From the NCBI GenBank assembly GCA_036703985.1, contig DATNQN010000123.1:62816-126815 (forward strand): DNA of 64,000 nucleotides, given 5' to 3'. Under the pieces are notes generated by a model. It had not been told where the DNA came from, did not search any database, and saw only the letters and a list, made by a program, of their open reading frames with translations. This document shows positions 16,349-27,822 of the stretch, piece after piece. A program made the translations under genes and the position numbers. Origin of the DNA: Leptolyngbyaceae cyanobacterium. Lineage in GTDB: Bacteria; Cyanobacteriota; Cyanobacteriia; Cyanobacteriales; Aerosakkonemataceae. Positions within the stretch are counted from its first letter, which is position 1; the number at the start of each line of letters is the position of its first letter.

Positions 16349-19021
16349 ATGACCAAAGAAGAAGCCAGATTAACCGAAGATAGAGAACGCAAAGCCTACT
16401 GGAAACGCTGGGGGCCATATTTAAGCGAACGGCAGTGGGGAACGGTGCGAGAAGACTACAGCGCTACGGGGGAAGCTTGGGATTATTTTACCCACGAACA
16501 AGCGCGATCGCGTGCCTATCGGTGGGGGGAAGATGGGATTGCCGGAATTTCCGATAATCATCAACGGCTGTGTTTTGCGATCGCGCTTTGGAACGAACAA
16601 GACCCCATTCTGAAAGAGCGCTTATTTGGCTTAACGGGAAAACAAGGAAATCACGGAGAAGATGTCAAAGAATATTACTTTTATCTGGACAGCACTCCCA
16701 CTCATTCCTACATGAAATACTTGTATAAATATCCCCAATCAGCATTTCCTTACGACCAATTAATTGAGGAGAATTGCCAGCGCGATCGCCATGCACAAGA
16801 ATATGAATTTATCGATACAGGAGTATTCGACGATAACCGTTATTTCGATGTTTTAGTCGAGTATGCAAAAGCCGCTCCCGAAGATATTTTAATTCGCATT
16901 AGCATCACCAATCAAGCTTCAGAATCAAAACCAATACATCTATTACCTACTTTGTGGTTTCGCAATACTTGGTCATGGGATGTGAATAGCCAAAAACCAG
17001 TACTTCAAGAAGTACATTCTAATCAAAAATTAAGCATCATCGAAGCCCACGATCCAACGATAGGAAAGCGATGGTTGTATTGGGACGAAATACCGGAATT
17101 ATTATTTACCGAAAACGAAACTAATTACGAATATTTATTTGGTACACCTAATGCTTCGCCATATGTAAAAGATGGTATTAACAATTATTTGATTCACGGT
17201 CAACAAGATGCTGTTAATCCCGATCGGGTTGGCACTAAAGTTTCACCTCATTACCACATAGTACTAGCTCCGGGCGAAACAAAAATAATTAAATTAAGGT
17301 TAACTGACATAGAAAATCATGTTCAACCTTTGGGTTGGGAATTTGACCAAATTTTTCAAGACCGGATGACTGAAGCTGATGAATTTTATACTCGTATTTG
17401 TCCATTTGAATTATCAGAAGACCAGCGAAACTTACAGCGACAAGCTTTCGCGGGAATGTTGTGGAGTAAACAATATTACTACTATGTAATTCAAGACTGG
17501 ATCGAGGGCGATCCAACTATGCCCATTCCACCCAAGGAACGCAAATCCGGCAGAAATTCCGATTGGAAACATCTATTTAATGAAGATATTATTTCCATGC
17601 CCGATAAGTGGGAATATCCTTGGTATGCCGCTTGGGATTTAGCTTTTCATTTAATACCTTTTGCGACGATCGATCCAGACTTTGCCAAACTGCAACTCGA
17701 TCGATTAACTAGGGAATGGTATATGCACCCAAACGGTCAAATGCCAGCTTATGAATGGGCATTAGGCGATGTAAATCCACCAGTTCATGCTTGGGCGGCA
17801 ATGCGGATTTATCAAATCGAAAAAAAAATGTACGGTCGCCAAGATATCCAATTTTTAGAGCGAGTATTTCAAAAGCTATTACTGAATTTTACTTGGTGGG
17901 TAAATCGCAAAGATATTGAAGGAAGAAATGTTTTTCAAGGCGGATTTTTAGGATTAGATAATATTGGCTTGTTCGACCGGAGTGCGCCCTTACCTACTGG
18001 AGGATGTATCGCTCAAGCAGACGGCACCAGTTGGATGGGAATGTATTGCTTAAATCTGCTGAAAATAGCTTTGGAATTGGCTACGAAAATGCCAGTTTAT
18101 GAAGATATTGCCAGCAAGTTTTTCGAGCATTTTCTTTATATTGCCGATGCGATGAATCATATCGGTGGCGATGGTACCCAATTGTGGGATGAAACTGATG
18201 GTTTTTACTATGATGTGTTGCATTTTCCGAATGGAGAAATGCAGCGCGTTAAAGTGCGATCGATGGTGGGACTAATTCCCTTATTTGCCATTACTACTAT
18301 TGAACCGGAAACCCTCTCTAAATTACCTAATTTCAAACGGCGATTGGAGTGGTTTATTCGCCATCGTAAAGATTTAAAGCAAAATGTTGCTTGTATGGAA
18401 ACTCCTGGTATGGGAGAAATGAGATTGCTATCAATTGTTTGCCAAAGTAAATTAAAACGCATTCTCGAAAAAATGCTAGATGAAAAAGAATTTTTAAGCG
18501 ATTATGGCATTCGTTCCTTATCTCGCTATCATGCCGATCGTCCTTATATTTTTCACTTTAACGGTCAGGAATACCGAGTAGATTACGAACCAGCAGAATC
18601 GAGTACGGGAATGTTTGGCGGAAATTCTAACTGGCGCGGGCCAATTTGGTTTCCGGTGAATTATTTGATTATCGAATCTCTCCAAAAATTTCATTACTAT
18701 TTGGGAAATGACTTTAAAGTAGAGTGTCCTACAGGTTCGGGAAACATGATGAATTTTTGGGAAATAGCGACAGAATTATCTCACAGACAAATGGCAATTT
18801 TCCTAAAGGATGAATCCGGGCGACGCCCTGTTTATGGAGATACGAAAATATTTCAAACTCATTCCGATTGGCAAGATTTAATTTTATTTTATGAATATTT
18901 TCACGGCGATAATGGTGCTGGAATTGGCGCTTCTCATCAAACTGGTTGGACTGGCTTGGTAGCGAAATTAATTCAGCAATGTGCCGAGTATAGAACGAAA
19001 AATGCTGAAGCAGCAAGGTAA
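16349..19021 (+). CDS. GH63-like (alpha/alpha)6-barrel glycoside hydrolase (MGH1-like / mannosyl-oligosaccharide glucosidase family)
   Basis: 890 aa. The conserved N-terminal W(K)[19 protein letters not shown] motif and the central [14 protein letters not shown] motif recall bacterial GH63 / glucosyl- or mannosylglycerate hydrolases. Assignment is from memory of family motifs. Confidence 0.5.
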   Translation: MTKEEARLTEDRERKAYWKRWGPYLSERQWGTVREDYSATGEAWDYFTHEQARSRAYRWGEDGIAGISDNHQRLCFAIALWNEQDPILKERLFGLTGKQGNHGEDVKEYYFYLDSTPTHSYMKYLYKYPQSAFPYDQLIEENCQRDRHAQEYEFIDTGVFDDNRYFDVLVEYAKAAPEDILIRISITNQASESKPIHLLPTLWFRNTWSWDVNSQKPVLQEVHSNQKLSIIEAHDPTIGKRWLYWDEIPELLFTENETNYEYLFGTPNASPYVKDGINNYLIHGQQDAVNPDRVGTKVSPHYHIVLAPGETKIIKLRLTDIENHVQPLGWEFDQIFQDRMTEADEFYTRICPFELSEDQRNLQRQAFAGMLWSKQYYYYVIQDWIEGDPTMPIPPKERKSGRNSDWKHLFNEDIISMPDKWEYPWYAAWDLAFHLIPFATIDPDFAKLQLDRLTREWYMHPNGQMPAYEWALGDVNPPVHAWAAMRIYQIEKKMYGRQDIQFLERVFQKLLLNFTWWVNRKDIEGRNVFQGGFLGLDNIGLFDRSAPLPTGGCIAQADGTSWMGMYCLNLLKIALELATKMPVYEDIASKFFEHFLYIADAMNHIGGDGTQLWDETDGFYYDVLHFPNGEMQRVKVRSMVGLIPLFAITTIEPETLSKLPNFKRRLEWFIRHRKDLKQNVACMETPGMGEMRLLSIVCQSKLKRILEKMLDEKEFLSDYGIRSLSRYHADRPYIFHFNGQEYRVDYEPAESSTGMFGGNSNWRGPIWFPVNYLIIESLQKFHYYLGNDFKVECPTGSGNMMNFWEIATELSHRQMAIFLKDESGRRPVYGDTKIFQTHSDWQDLILFYEYFHGDNGAGIGASHQTGWTGLVAKLIQQCAEYRTKNAEAAR

Positions 19022-19032
19022 ATAAACAACTA

Positions 19033-20172
19033 TTAATTAGTACTCCAGAACTTGATGGTCATGTCTTGGCTGCCACTAATTAATAGCTTTCCATCTGGAC
19101 TGAAAGCAACTGAATTAACACCACCTAAGTGTCCGGAAAGAGTACGCAGCAACTCTCCGGTTGTAACGTTCCAAATTCTAATTGTTTCGTCATCGCTACC
19201 GCTAGCAATTAACTGACCAGTCGGATTAATTGTAACGGTTCTTACTGGTTCTAAATGTCCGTATAAAGTTCGCTGCAAAGAACCCGTTTTTACATCCCAA
19301 ATTTTGATGGTTTTATCCGAACTACCACTAACAACAATATTATCTTGAGGACTGAAAGCAAGAGTATTAATAGATCCGGAATGTCCGGACAGAGTAAAGA
19401 TAAGTTCTTCTGTATTGAGATTCCAAAGTTTGGCGGTGTTGTCTGTACCACCACTGGCTATTATTGTTTTGTCTGCACTAATCTTAACTACTTTTACGCT
19501 TCCTTTCGCGTGCCAATCAAGAGTATTTTCGGAATGCCAAGCAAAAGAACGTAGTTGTTCTCCCACTGGCAGATCTAAGATGGTAATTTCTCCTTCACTA
19601 TTACCAGCCACAAGTAACCGACCGTCGAGACTAATAGCAACTGAATAAACCTCACCTGGTTCCATTGAAAAGCTGCGAGGTAGTTCCCCGATGCGAAAAT
19701 CCCAAATTTTGATATGGGAACCACTACTATTTGCAAAAGTCTGTCCATCTGGGCTAATCGCAACCGACGCAACCCCAGATGCACCAGAGATAGTACGAGT
19801 TAGTTCGCCTGTGGGGATATCCCAAATTTTGAGGGTGTTGTCTTTACCAACGCTGCTGAGGAATTGCCCGTTTTGGCTAATTGCGATCGAACTAACTCCG
19901 CCTCGATGAGCGGAAAGAGTAGCTAAACATTTCCAAGGCTGAGTTTGAGGCGTTGGTAGCGAAGCAACTGGCGCTGGCTGATTCGATCGTGTAATTTCAT
20001 CTAGGCGTTTTTGAACAGCTTCTTCTATTTGATTGGGAATATCTGCCAATTTGCGATCGATCTGAATCATCGCGTTTTCTAAGCTGCTGACCCGACCGAT
20101 CAGCTTGCCAATGAATTCTTTAAAGTTTTCATTCTGCTGTGTCATGACAGATATAGATTTTGTAACGATCAA
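19033..20172 (-). CDS. WD40-repeat protein with N-terminal coiled-coil region
   Basis: Seven WD40 units (GH...WD pattern: LSGHSGSINTLAFSP...IKIWD and similar), preceded by a ~70-aa coiled-coil and a Pro-rich linker. Confidence 0.8.
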   Translation of the reverse strand: MIVTKSISVMTQQNENFKEFIGKLIGRVSSLENAMIQIDRKLADIPNQIEEAVQKRLDEITRSNQPAPVASLPTPQTQPWKCLATLSAHRGGVSSIAISQNGQFLSSVGKDNTLKIWDIPTGELTRTISGASGVASVAISPDGQTFANSSGSHIKIWDFRIGELPRSFSMEPGEVYSVAISLDGRLLVAGNSEGEITILDLPVGEQLRSFAWHSENTLDWHAKGSVKVVKISADKTIIASGGTDNTAKLWNLNTEELIFTLSGHSGSINTLAFSPQDNIVVSGSSDKTIKIWDVKTGSLQRTLYGHLEPVRTVTINPTGQLIASGSDDETIRIWNVTTGELLRTLSGHLGGVNSVAFSPDGKLLISGSQDMTIKFWSTN

Positions 20173-21821
20173 TTACGCTGCCAAATATCGATCGTACCAT
20201 CTACTCTACCGCTAACTAATATTTTCCCATTCGGGCTAACGGCAACTGATATCACTGAAGCAACAGAATTAGTATTAAGGCTACAAATTTGTTTACCTGT
20301 TTGCCAATGCCAAATTTTCAGCGTACCGTCTGCACTGCTACTGATTAAAGTTTCTCGATCTGGACTGAATACTACAGATGTAACAGCGCCAAGATGACCT
20401 GTGAAAATGCCGCTCTTTTCTAAAGTTGTTAAATTCCACAATTTAATAGTTTTATCAGTGCTAGCACTCGCCAAAAGAAGTCCGTTAGGATGAAAAGCTA
20501 CTGCACCGATCGCACCTAAATGACCACCTAAAGTGTGCAGCAATTGTCCGGTATTCCAATGCCAAAATTTGATATTGCCATCACCGCCACCACTAGCCAA
20601 AATTTTTCCATCGGGACTGAATGCGATCGCGCTAACTGCCCCTTGGTGTCCGGTTAAGGTATTTATTAATTTGCTCGTTTGTAAAGACGCTATTTTAATA
20701 GTTTGGTCGAAGCTGCCACTAGCAAGAGTTGTTCCATCTGGGCTAATAGCTACCGACCGAATCGAACCCGAATGTTCTTTAAAGTTTTCAATTAAGGCAC
20801 CTGTTTGTAATTCCCATACTTTTACGCTTAAATCGGAACTGCCACTGGCAAGTATTTCGGCATCTGAATTAAGGGCGATCGCGTAAACTACTCCAGCATT
20901 TTCCGATACTACCCGAATTAATTCCCCGGTTGGCAAATCCCAAAGTTTAATTTGACCATCAAAACTGGCACTGGCTATTTTTTGACCATCAGAGCTAATT
21001 ACTAATGATGATATCCAATCAGAATGTCCGGCGAAACTTTTTAGGCAACTCCAACTTTCCGCCGGAAGGTTTTGGGGAGATGGCAGAGTGGGGGGATGGG
21101 GGGATGGGGAGATGGGGGTAATTTTCAATTCTTCTCCCGCACTCCCGCATTTCGGCTCTTGTACGCTGCCACTTTCTAAATTAGGTAAACTAACGGTTTC
21201 TCTAATTTTTTCTCTGGAAGCTATTTCAATTTTGATTAGTTGTACTTGTTGTTTTAGCTCATCTAGCTGTTTTTGTAGTTTTGCATCAAATTGGTAAGAA
21301 ACATCTCCCATTCCTTGGGATATTTTGGCGATCGACTGCTCCAAATGGTCTACTCTAGCTGATAAGGAAGAATTGTTCAGGTATTGAATTACACTGCCGA
21401 TCGAATCTTGTAAGGTAGCGCACTGTTCCTTGAGTCGATCGATATCCCGATTAGCTGCATTGACGTTTACTTTGACCAGCGAAGCTATATAGTCTTGCAT
21501 TTCATCGGAAAGGTGACCCTGTTGTTGGCGATTCCGATCTTGAATGGAGGCTGGAATGGGGGGTAAAGAACGAACGGAGGCATACAGAGATTGTATTTCC
21601 GCAGATAGCTGCCGCTGAACTCGCACGATCGCAGCATTAGTACTTTGTTTTGTCAATACTTCAAAGCTACGCCGCGCGATCGAACTCACTAGTGCTAAAG
21701 CACACAAAGGTACAGCTACGTAAATCACCTGTCCGCTAATCGTCGCTACTACTGCCCCAACGACTGAGCCAGCCAAGCAAACATATTCTACGATCTGGAA
21801 CTGACGCGAGTTGTTAAACAT
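20169..21821 (-). CDS. WD40-repeat protein with N-terminal transmembrane segment and coiled-coil
   Basis: A TM helix (VCLAGSVVGAVVATISGQVIYVAVPLCALALV), a long coiled-coil, a Pro-rich linker partly encoded by a GGGGGAT heptamer array, then about 7 WD40 repeats. Its stop overlaps the start of the downstream WD40 gene (ATGA). Confidence 0.8.
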   Translation of the reverse strand: MFNNSRQFQIVEYVCLAGSVVGAVVATISGQVIYVAVPLCALALVSSIARRSFEVLTKQSTNAAIVRVQRQLSAEIQSLYASVRSLPPIPASIQDRNRQQQGHLSDEMQDYIASLVKVNVNAANRDIDRLKEQCATLQDSIGSVIQYLNNSSLSARVDHLEQSIAKISQGMGDVSYQFDAKLQKQLDELKQQVQLIKIEIASREKIRETVSLPNLESGSVQEPKCGSAGEELKITPISPSPHPPTLPSPQNLPAESWSCLKSFAGHSDWISSLVISSDGQKIASASFDGQIKLWDLPTGELIRVVSENAGVVYAIALNSDAEILASGSSDLSVKVWELQTGALIENFKEHSGSIRSVAISPDGTTLASGSFDQTIKIASLQTSKLINTLTGHQGAVSAIAFSPDGKILASGGGDGNIKFWHWNTGQLLHTLGGHLGAIGAVAFHPNGLLLASASTDKTIKLWNLTTLEKSGIFTGHLGAVTSVVFSPDRETLISSSADGTLKIWHWQTGKQICSLNTNSVASVISVAVSPNGKILVSGRVDGTIDIWQRN

Positions 21822-22442
21822 TTAATACTTTTACCCCCTCTTCCCTACTGAATCATATCAGCCTCAGCTATAGGGTGAATATTTTGTATATAAGTTAAAA
21901 AGTGCTTATGATGAGACATTTATTAAAATAGAATATATGATTTAACCAATTAGTGCTAAATATTACTTTTTTTGACTGAAGAAAGTTTTATCCTGGTAGT
22001 TGGATGAGAGAATGATTCAAAACTGAAAAATTTTACTAATATTTACTTCTAGTCCCTTCCATTCCATTGCTCCTAGCCCCAGCCCGATCGCCCTACCTGC
22101 CTCAATCTTTATAACTAGCAATTCGGGTTATTTAAGCTAATGGGGATCGCTAGTAAGTATGGTAAGAGGGATTGATAGTTTTATTACCAAATTAGAAGTA
22201 TTCAAATTAGCTCTGCTTTCGCTGAATTGCGATTGTTGTTCTTAAATTATAATATTAACATAATTTTAAAACTTTTTCCTACTATCGATAACTTAAGCAA
22301 ATGTTAGGTGTGCTAAACCGTACTTACTCGTGGGCGTTAACCATCATCTGATAAGTAATTGAATTCGTTACAATTATACAAAATATGGCGATCGACCGAT
22401 CGCTGGTCAATGAAATAATAATCACAACATAGGAGAAAAATC

Positions 22443-23087
22443 ATGACAGAAGAAAATAGCGTTCCTAAAGAATCTGCAATTGTAGAAGTTAATGAAACAA
22501 CTGAAATTGTAAAGGTAGATGAATCAACTGAGATTGTAGAGGCTAGCCAACAGACAACCGAGATCGTCACCAAGGAGATGCCTGCTAATACCCCAGAACA
22601 GGTGATTAAGGAAACGGCGGCTTTGTTTGAAGCAATCAAAAAACGGGCAGAAGCAGAATTTCAATCAGCTAGCGAACTGACCCGCGAAGCTTACATGAAC
22701 GCGATTAATAAAGCGCGGGAAGCGATCGAACAAAATCAAGCTTCTGCCAAAGAGCGCGTTGACCAAGCATCGGAAATCATTAAAAAAGAAGCTGAGAAAA
22801 ATTGGTTATTAGTAGATGCGATTAAAACTCGCGCTCAATCGGAAATTCAATCGGCTGGTAACGTTACCCTAGAAAATTATCTCAAGTCCGTGCGACAAGC
22901 GCGGGAAGCGATCGAACAAAATAAATCGATCGAAAAAGAGAGAATCGAACAAGCCGTACAAGACGTTCAAAAACAAGCCGAAAAGAATTGGCAAGTGGTA
23001 GCGAGCGAAATCGAGTCTTTTGGCGTCCGGCTGGCAGATGCGGCCAAAAATGCCTGGAATTCGTTGATGGCTTATTTTTCTAAGTGA
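22443..23087 (+). CDS. Hypothetical alpha-helical protein with two ~60-aa internal repeats (AREAIEQN...AEKNW)
   Basis: Internal duplication ...AINKAREAIEQNQASAKERVDQASEIIKKEAEKNW / ...SVRQAREAIEQNKSIEKERIEQAVQDVQKQAEKNW. Acidic Thr/Glu-rich N-terminus. Confidence 0.5.
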   Translation: MTEENSVPKESAIVEVNETTEIVKVDESTEIVEASQQTTEIVTKEMPANTPEQVIKETAALFEAIKKRAEAEFQSASELTREAYMNAINKAREAIEQNQASAKERVDQASEIIKKEAEKNWLLVDAIKTRAQSEIQSAGNVTLENYLKSVRQAREAIEQNKSIEKERIEQAVQDVQKQAEKNWQVVASEIESFGVRLADAAKNAWNSLMAYFSK

Positions 23088-23156
23088 AAGGGACAGGGGC
23101 TAGGGGCTAGGGGCTAGGGAAAGAGAAGGAGTATAAGAGACAGAGAATAGTTGTTT

Positions 23157-23245
23157 TGTATTCTGAATTCTGAATTCTGACTCCTGACTCATGAATTCTG
23201 ACTCCTGAATCCTGACTCCTGAATTCTGAATTCTGACTCCTGAGT
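23157..23245. repeat. STRR-type heptanucleotide tandem array (TCTGAAT / CCTGACT, about 12 units)
   Basis: Directly visible tandem 7-mers: ttctgaattctgaattctgactcctgactcatgaattctgactcctgaatcctgactcctgaattctgaattctgactcctgagttc. Confidence 0.8.
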
Positions 23246-23458
23246 TCTACCCTATTGTCATCAAAAGGAGACATGGAAAGAGGGACAGAGGTGTTCCTTC
23301 TTCCGAATGTGCTATCACAAAAGTACCTGGGATGCTGGATAATGGGGAGGTTTTCTTATATTGTCTGGTGAAGGTAGGTAGCTTCTGGTATCCACCATCC
23401 GAGACTGAGAATACATTTAAATTTCCCATTTTCCAGCAGGATTTCTGAATTAACCACT

Positions 23459-25246
23459 ATGCGAACCCATTATTGCGGCCAAATTAACGCTTCCCATGTG
23501 GGAGAGACTGTCACCCTTTGTGGCTGGGTGGATCGTCGCCGCGATCACGGGGGCGTCATTTTCTTGGATTTGCGCGATCGCTCTGGCGTTGTCCAAATTG
23601 TCAGTGACCCAGTACGCACCCCAGATTCCTACGCACAAGCTGAAAAGCTACGTAATGAGTATGTTGTAAAAATTACTGGTCGGGTAACGCCACGTCCGCC
23701 GGAATCGCTTAATCCGAAATTACCCACTGGTGAGATTGAAATTTACGCAGACCAAATCGAACTACTCAATCAGGTATACAAACAGCTGCCTTTCCAGGTA
23801 TCGGCTGGCGAAGAAGAGTCGGTAAGGGAAGAATTGCGGCTAAGATATCGGTATTTGGATTTGCGGCGCGATCGCATGACGGCAAATCTACAACTGCGCC
23901 ACCAAGTTGTCAAAGCGATTCGCCGCTTCTTGGAAGACCAAGAAAACTTCATCGAAGTGGAAACACCAATTTTGACTCGTTCCACTCCCGAAGGTGCAAG
24001 AGATTATTTAGTACCCAGTCGCGTTAACCCCGGTGAATGGTTTGCACTACCGCAATCACCCCAATTATTTAAGCAATTATTGATGGTATCTGGCTTCGAT
24101 CGTTACTATCAAATTGCTCGTTGTTTCCGGGATGAAGACTTACGCGCCGACAGACAACCAGAATTTACTCAACTGGATATGGAAATGAGTTTCATGACTC
24201 AAGAAGATATTCTCCAGTTGAACGAAGAATTAGTTTCTCACGTTTTCAAAGCAGTCAAAGGAATTGACTTACCTCGACCTTTCCCTCGGTTAACTTATGC
24301 CGAAGCGATGTCACGTTACGGTTGCGATAAACCGGACACTCGCTACGATTTAGAATTAGTTGATGTTTCCGATATCGTCAAAGATTCCGGTTTCAAAGTG
24401 TTTTCCAGTGCGATCGCATCCGGCGGTATCGTGAAAATATTGCCCATTCCCGGCGGTAACGATATTATCTCCAACGTGCGGATCAAGCCAGGTGGCGACT
24501 TATTTAAAGAAGCTGCGGAAGCTGGTGCAAAAGGTTTGGCTTATATCCGCGTGCGAGAAAATGGCGAAATCGACACTATTGGCGCGATTAAAGATAACCT
24601 GACAGAAGAACAAAAGCAGGAAATACTCAGACGCACCAATGCACAAGCTGGGTGTTTGTTGTTATTTGCAGCCGACTCAACAGCAGTAGTGAACAAAACA
24701 CTCGATCGTTTGCGCCAAGTCATTGCACAGCAAATGGGATTAATCGATAACAATAAAATTAACCTGCTTTGGGTAACCGATTTCCCGATGTTTGAATGGA
24801 ATGCTGATGAGAAACGACTAGAAGCATTGCACCACCCATTCACTGCACCTCATCCCGATGACGTGGACGACTTGAAAACTGCCAGAGCCCAAGCTTATGA
24901 CTTAGTATTCAACGGCGTAGAACTTGGCGGCGGAAGTCGGCGGATTCATCAACGCGATGTTCAAGAGAGAGTGTTTGAAACGATCGGCTTTTCTCCAGAG
25001 GAAGCGCGAAATAAATTTGGATTTTTGCTTGAAGCATTTGAATACGGTACGCCGCCTCACGGTGGTATTGCCTACGGCTTAGATCGTTGGGTGATGCTGT
25101 TAGCTGGTGAAGAGTCAATTCGCGATGTAATTGCATTCCCGAAAACACAACAAGCTCGTTGTTTGTTAACAGGTGCGCCATCTGGTGTAGATGAAAAACA
25201 GTTGAAGGAATTGCAAGTGCAATCGACTTATAAGCCGAAGAGTTAA
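23459..25246 (+). CDS. aspS: Aspartate--tRNA ligase
   Basis: 595 aa. The N-terminal anticodon-binding OB fold (MRTHYCGQI...[23 protein letters not shown]), the class II motifs ([18 protein letters not shown]; GGGSRRIH) and the insertion domain are present. Confidence 0.95.
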   Translation: MRTHYCGQINASHVGETVTLCGWVDRRRDHGGVIFLDLRDRSGVVQIVSDPVRTPDSYAQAEKLRNEYVVKITGRVTPRPPESLNPKLPTGEIEIYADQIELLNQVYKQLPFQVSAGEEESVREELRLRYRYLDLRRDRMTANLQLRHQVVKAIRRFLEDQENFIEVETPILTRSTPEGARDYLVPSRVNPGEWFALPQSPQLFKQLLMVSGFDRYYQIARCFRDEDLRADRQPEFTQLDMEMSFMTQEDILQLNEELVSHVFKAVKGIDLPRPFPRLTYAEAMSRYGCDKPDTRYDLELVDVSDIVKDSGFKVFSSAIASGGIVKILPIPGGNDIISNVRIKPGGDLFKEAAEAGAKGLAYIRVRENGEIDTIGAIKDNLTEEQKQEILRRTNAQAGCLLLFAADSTAVVNKTLDRLRQVIAQQMGLIDNNKINLLWVTDFPMFEWNADEKRLEALHHPFTAPHPDDVDDLKTARAQAYDLVFNGVELGGGSRRIHQRDVQERVFETIGFSPEEARNKFGFLLEAFEYGTPPHGGIAYGLDRWVMLLAGEESIRDVIAFPKTQQARCLLTGAPSGVDEKQLKELQVQSTYKPKS

Positions 25247-25408
25247 TTAATAGGAGTTAGGAGTCATCATTCAGAATTTAGAATGATTTTGAGTGATCAC
25301 TCCACTTCCCAATACTAACAAGGAGCCTTGGGAGGGGACGAAATACAGGATGAGAAAAGCTGATTTTTTAGAATACTGGAATGGACAAGCTGTTTATTAG
25401 ATAGCACA

Positions 25409-25708
25409 ATGAAAACCCAAGTTATTTCTATCAAACCTGCATCAAAAAACCTCGGTTTCAATGTGGTAGTGTTAATTGGTACGGAGCGACATGAATTTAC
25501 TTTAAATGTGGAAACTTATACTATTGCAAATTGTCAAATTCAAGGTATTCGGGGGTATGAATATTTTTTGAAGCTCTTTAGATTTAATCAGAATTTAGGA
25601 GTAGAAATTTATCAGCTAGTTTCACAGATGCGCGAGGGAAATAATTTAAGATTTCCAGTGGAAATTGGGGATTTTTATGTTGAAGAAATGGAATTAGCTT
25701 CTAAGTAA
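25409..25708 (+). CDS. Hypothetical protein (99 aa)
   Basis: ORF only; no domain recognised. Confidence 0.3.
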   Translation: MKTQVISIKPASKNLGFNVVVLIGTERHEFTLNVETYTIANCQIQGIRGYEYFLKLFRFNQNLGVEIYQLVSQMREGNNLRFPVEIGDFYVEEMELASK

Positions 25709-25818
25709 TTGGGAAAGAGTTTCAAGAGCTACATTACCAGGAAAATAAGGAATGACAATCATGGTAAGTGGGATGTGTTAAAATAAGAAGAGAAAGAACT
25801 ATATCAATATTATTAAGA

Positions 25819-26025
25819 ATGGCTCGAACTTTCACCGCAATCGTTTATTGGGAAGAAGATGTATATGTTGCAGAATGTCCTGAGGTAGGAACTGCTAGCC
25901 AGGGAGAGACGATTGAAGAAGCGATCGCTAATCTCAAAGAAGCAACAGAACTTTATTTAGAAGAATTCCCTTTGCCTAAAACTTCTCCTCGTCTTCTCAC
26001 TACATTCGAGGTGTTGAGTGCCTAG
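25819..26025 (+). CDS. hicB: HicB-family antitoxin (type II TA)
   Basis: MARTFTAIVYWEEDVYVAECPEVGTASQGETIEEAIANLKEATELYLEE is the HicB/UPF0150 RNase-H-like fold signature. The likely start is the internal Met at 25819. It overlaps the downstream HicA-like gene. Confidence 0.7.
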   Translation: MARTFTAIVYWEEDVYVAECPEVGTASQGETIEEAIANLKEATELYLEEFPLPKTSPRLLTTFEVLSA

Positions 26026-26275
26026 ATTACCACGAATTAGTAGTGCAGAAGCTATACGTGCTTTAGAACGTTTAGGCTTTGTGCAAGTGCGGCAGCGGGG
26101 AAGTCACGTCATTTTAAAGAAACAATTGCCAGTAGATGATGAACAAAATCTTCAACGGGTAATAGAAGTAGGTTGTGTAGTGCCAGTACAGCGAAAAACT
26201 TTGGCGATTGGAACTCTTAAAAGTATTTTAGAGCAGGCGGGTGTTTCTGTTGAGGATTTTTTGATGAATCTTTAA
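26018..26275 (+). CDS. hicA: HicA-family toxin (mRNA interferase, YcfA-like)
   Basis: AEAIRALERLGFVQVRQRGSHVILKK is the HicA dsRBD-like motif with the conserved GSH. GTG start overlapping the hicB stop. Confidence 0.7.
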   Translation: MPRLPRISSAEAIRALERLGFVQVRQRGSHVILKKQLPVDDEQNLQRVIEVGCVVPVQRKTLAIGTLKSILEQAGVSVEDFLMNL

Positions 26276-26369
26276 AAGTCAAGTAAATGCGTTAAGTCAC
26301 AAAAAGCGATCGCACTTAATTTGGGTAAGGTGCGATCGCAATTGCGATCGCGCTTCAGGCATAATTTAG

Positions 26370-26633
<264 letters not shown>

Positions 26634-27002
26634 ATGACAATGCTTGTTAAATTAGATGAGAATATGAGTAACTTCCACGCCGAGTTTCTGCGACAGGCGG
26701 GTTATGATTGCGACAGGGTTACTGATGAAGGACTATCGGGTGCAGATGACGAGATTGTATGGCAAAAAGTTTGTGCCGAAGGGCGTTTTTTTATTACGCT
26801 AGATTTAGATTTCTCTGATGTTCGTCGTTTTCCAGTTGGAACGCATCCCGGTATTTTATTGTTGCGTCCCCGCAGTCGTAGCAGTCAGGCGGTGCTAAAT
26901 CTTCTTTCTCGTATTTTGAGCGAACAAAGATTAGAAAGTTTGCAAGGTTGTTTAGTAGTTGCAGATGAAATACAGACACGAATTCGTCGTCCACCTAGTT
27001 AA
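26634..27002 (+). CDS. DUF5615-like (PIN-like) putative toxin partner of the DUF433 protein
   Basis: 122 aa. The conserved pairing with DUF433 is widespread in cyanobacteria; acidic residues at D-E positions are consistent with a PIN-like fold. Family assignment is from memory. Confidence 0.55.
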   Translation: MTMLVKLDENMSNFHAEFLRQAGYDCDRVTDEGLSGADDEIVWQKVCAEGRFFITLDLDFSDVRRFPVGTHPGILLLRPRSRSSQAVLNLLSRILSEQRLESLQGCLVVADEIQTRIRRPPS

Positions 27003-27090
27003 TTGAAACAAAAGCGATCGCACATATTTTGGGTAAGGTGCTTGGTGCAGAATGAGGAGGGAGTGGAGGAAGTGCGATCGCATCTTCGTC
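27003..27090. repeat. HIP1-containing ~90-bp dispersed repeat (copies at about 26318-26350, 27003-27090 and 27588-27710) interspersed among the small TA-like genes
   Basis: The shared core gcgatcgcac(a/t)tattttgggtaag(g/a)tg...ggtgcagaatgaggagggagtg(g/a)ag.aagtgcgatcgca follows the HicA-like gene, the DUF5615-like gene and the small-ORF pair. Confidence 0.6.
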
Positions 27091-27167
27091 CAAGTAGTAA
27101 CGATGATACCAATAGTAAGAAACGGGCTAATTCCTAAGAATATTTTATAATTGTATAGCAGAGCTTT

Positions 27168-27362
27168 TTGAAAGGAGTACGTATTCTTCCAACAACAGAA
27201 CAAGGTCTAACCTGCATTAGGTTATGTCAAGCTTTGACTAATTTTTACCGCTCAATTGAAATATTACGTTTGGATGAGCGCGATGGCTCGATATTCATTT
27301 TGGCAGGGGAAGAACTTCAAATCCAAATTTATCGTGATGGAACGTGGGAGTTTTTGATATGA
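27168..27362 (+). CDS. Small cyanobacterial hypothetical protein (64 aa), first gene of a small overlapped pair
   Basis: ORF overlapping the next small ORF. Lies in a TA-rich island between repeat copies. Confidence 0.35.
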   Translation: MKGVRILPTTEQGLTCIRLCQALTNFYRSIEILRLDERDGSIFILAGEELQIQIYRDGTWEFLI

Positions 27363-27568
27363 AACCAGATTTTGAAACGATGAGCAAGGCTGAATTACGA
27401 AGCTATGTAATGGCTCACAGAGATGATAATGAAGCTTTCTATAAATTGGTTGACCGTTTGAAGGCTGATAATAAAAATACAGTAAGATATCCATGTCCCA
27501 AAAATCCAGAGGATTGGGCAAAATTACCAGAATTAATTGAGGAACAGATCAAGAAGCTGGAAAAATAA
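27359..27568 (+). CDS. Small cyanobacterial hypothetical protein (about 70 aa; MSKAELRSYVMAHRDDNEAFYKLVDRL...)
   Basis: ORF with a recognisable cyanobacteria-restricted small-protein pattern; family name not recalled. Start chosen at MKPDFETMSKAEL. Confidence 0.35.
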   Translation: MKPDFETMSKAELRSYVMAHRDDNEAFYKLVDRLKADNKNTVRYPCPKNPEDWAKLPELIEEQIKKLEK

Positions 27569-27822
27569 GGGTTGAGATGTTTGGGTGAGAAAGTGCGATC
27601 GCACATATTTTGGGTAAGATGTGTTGGCGTAGCCTGCCGTAGGTATTCGCTTTTAGCTAAGAGCTTTGGTGCAAAATGAAGAGGGAGTGAAGTCAGTGCG
27701 ATCGCACCCTCGAAGCTTAAAGGTTCTCAACTTGAAATGCTAAGTATAGGCATCAACATCGCATACAAGGAGCGACGCATTAGCGTCATCCCTTTAAAAA
27801 ACGAGGGAGGTGCAGCACTTAA

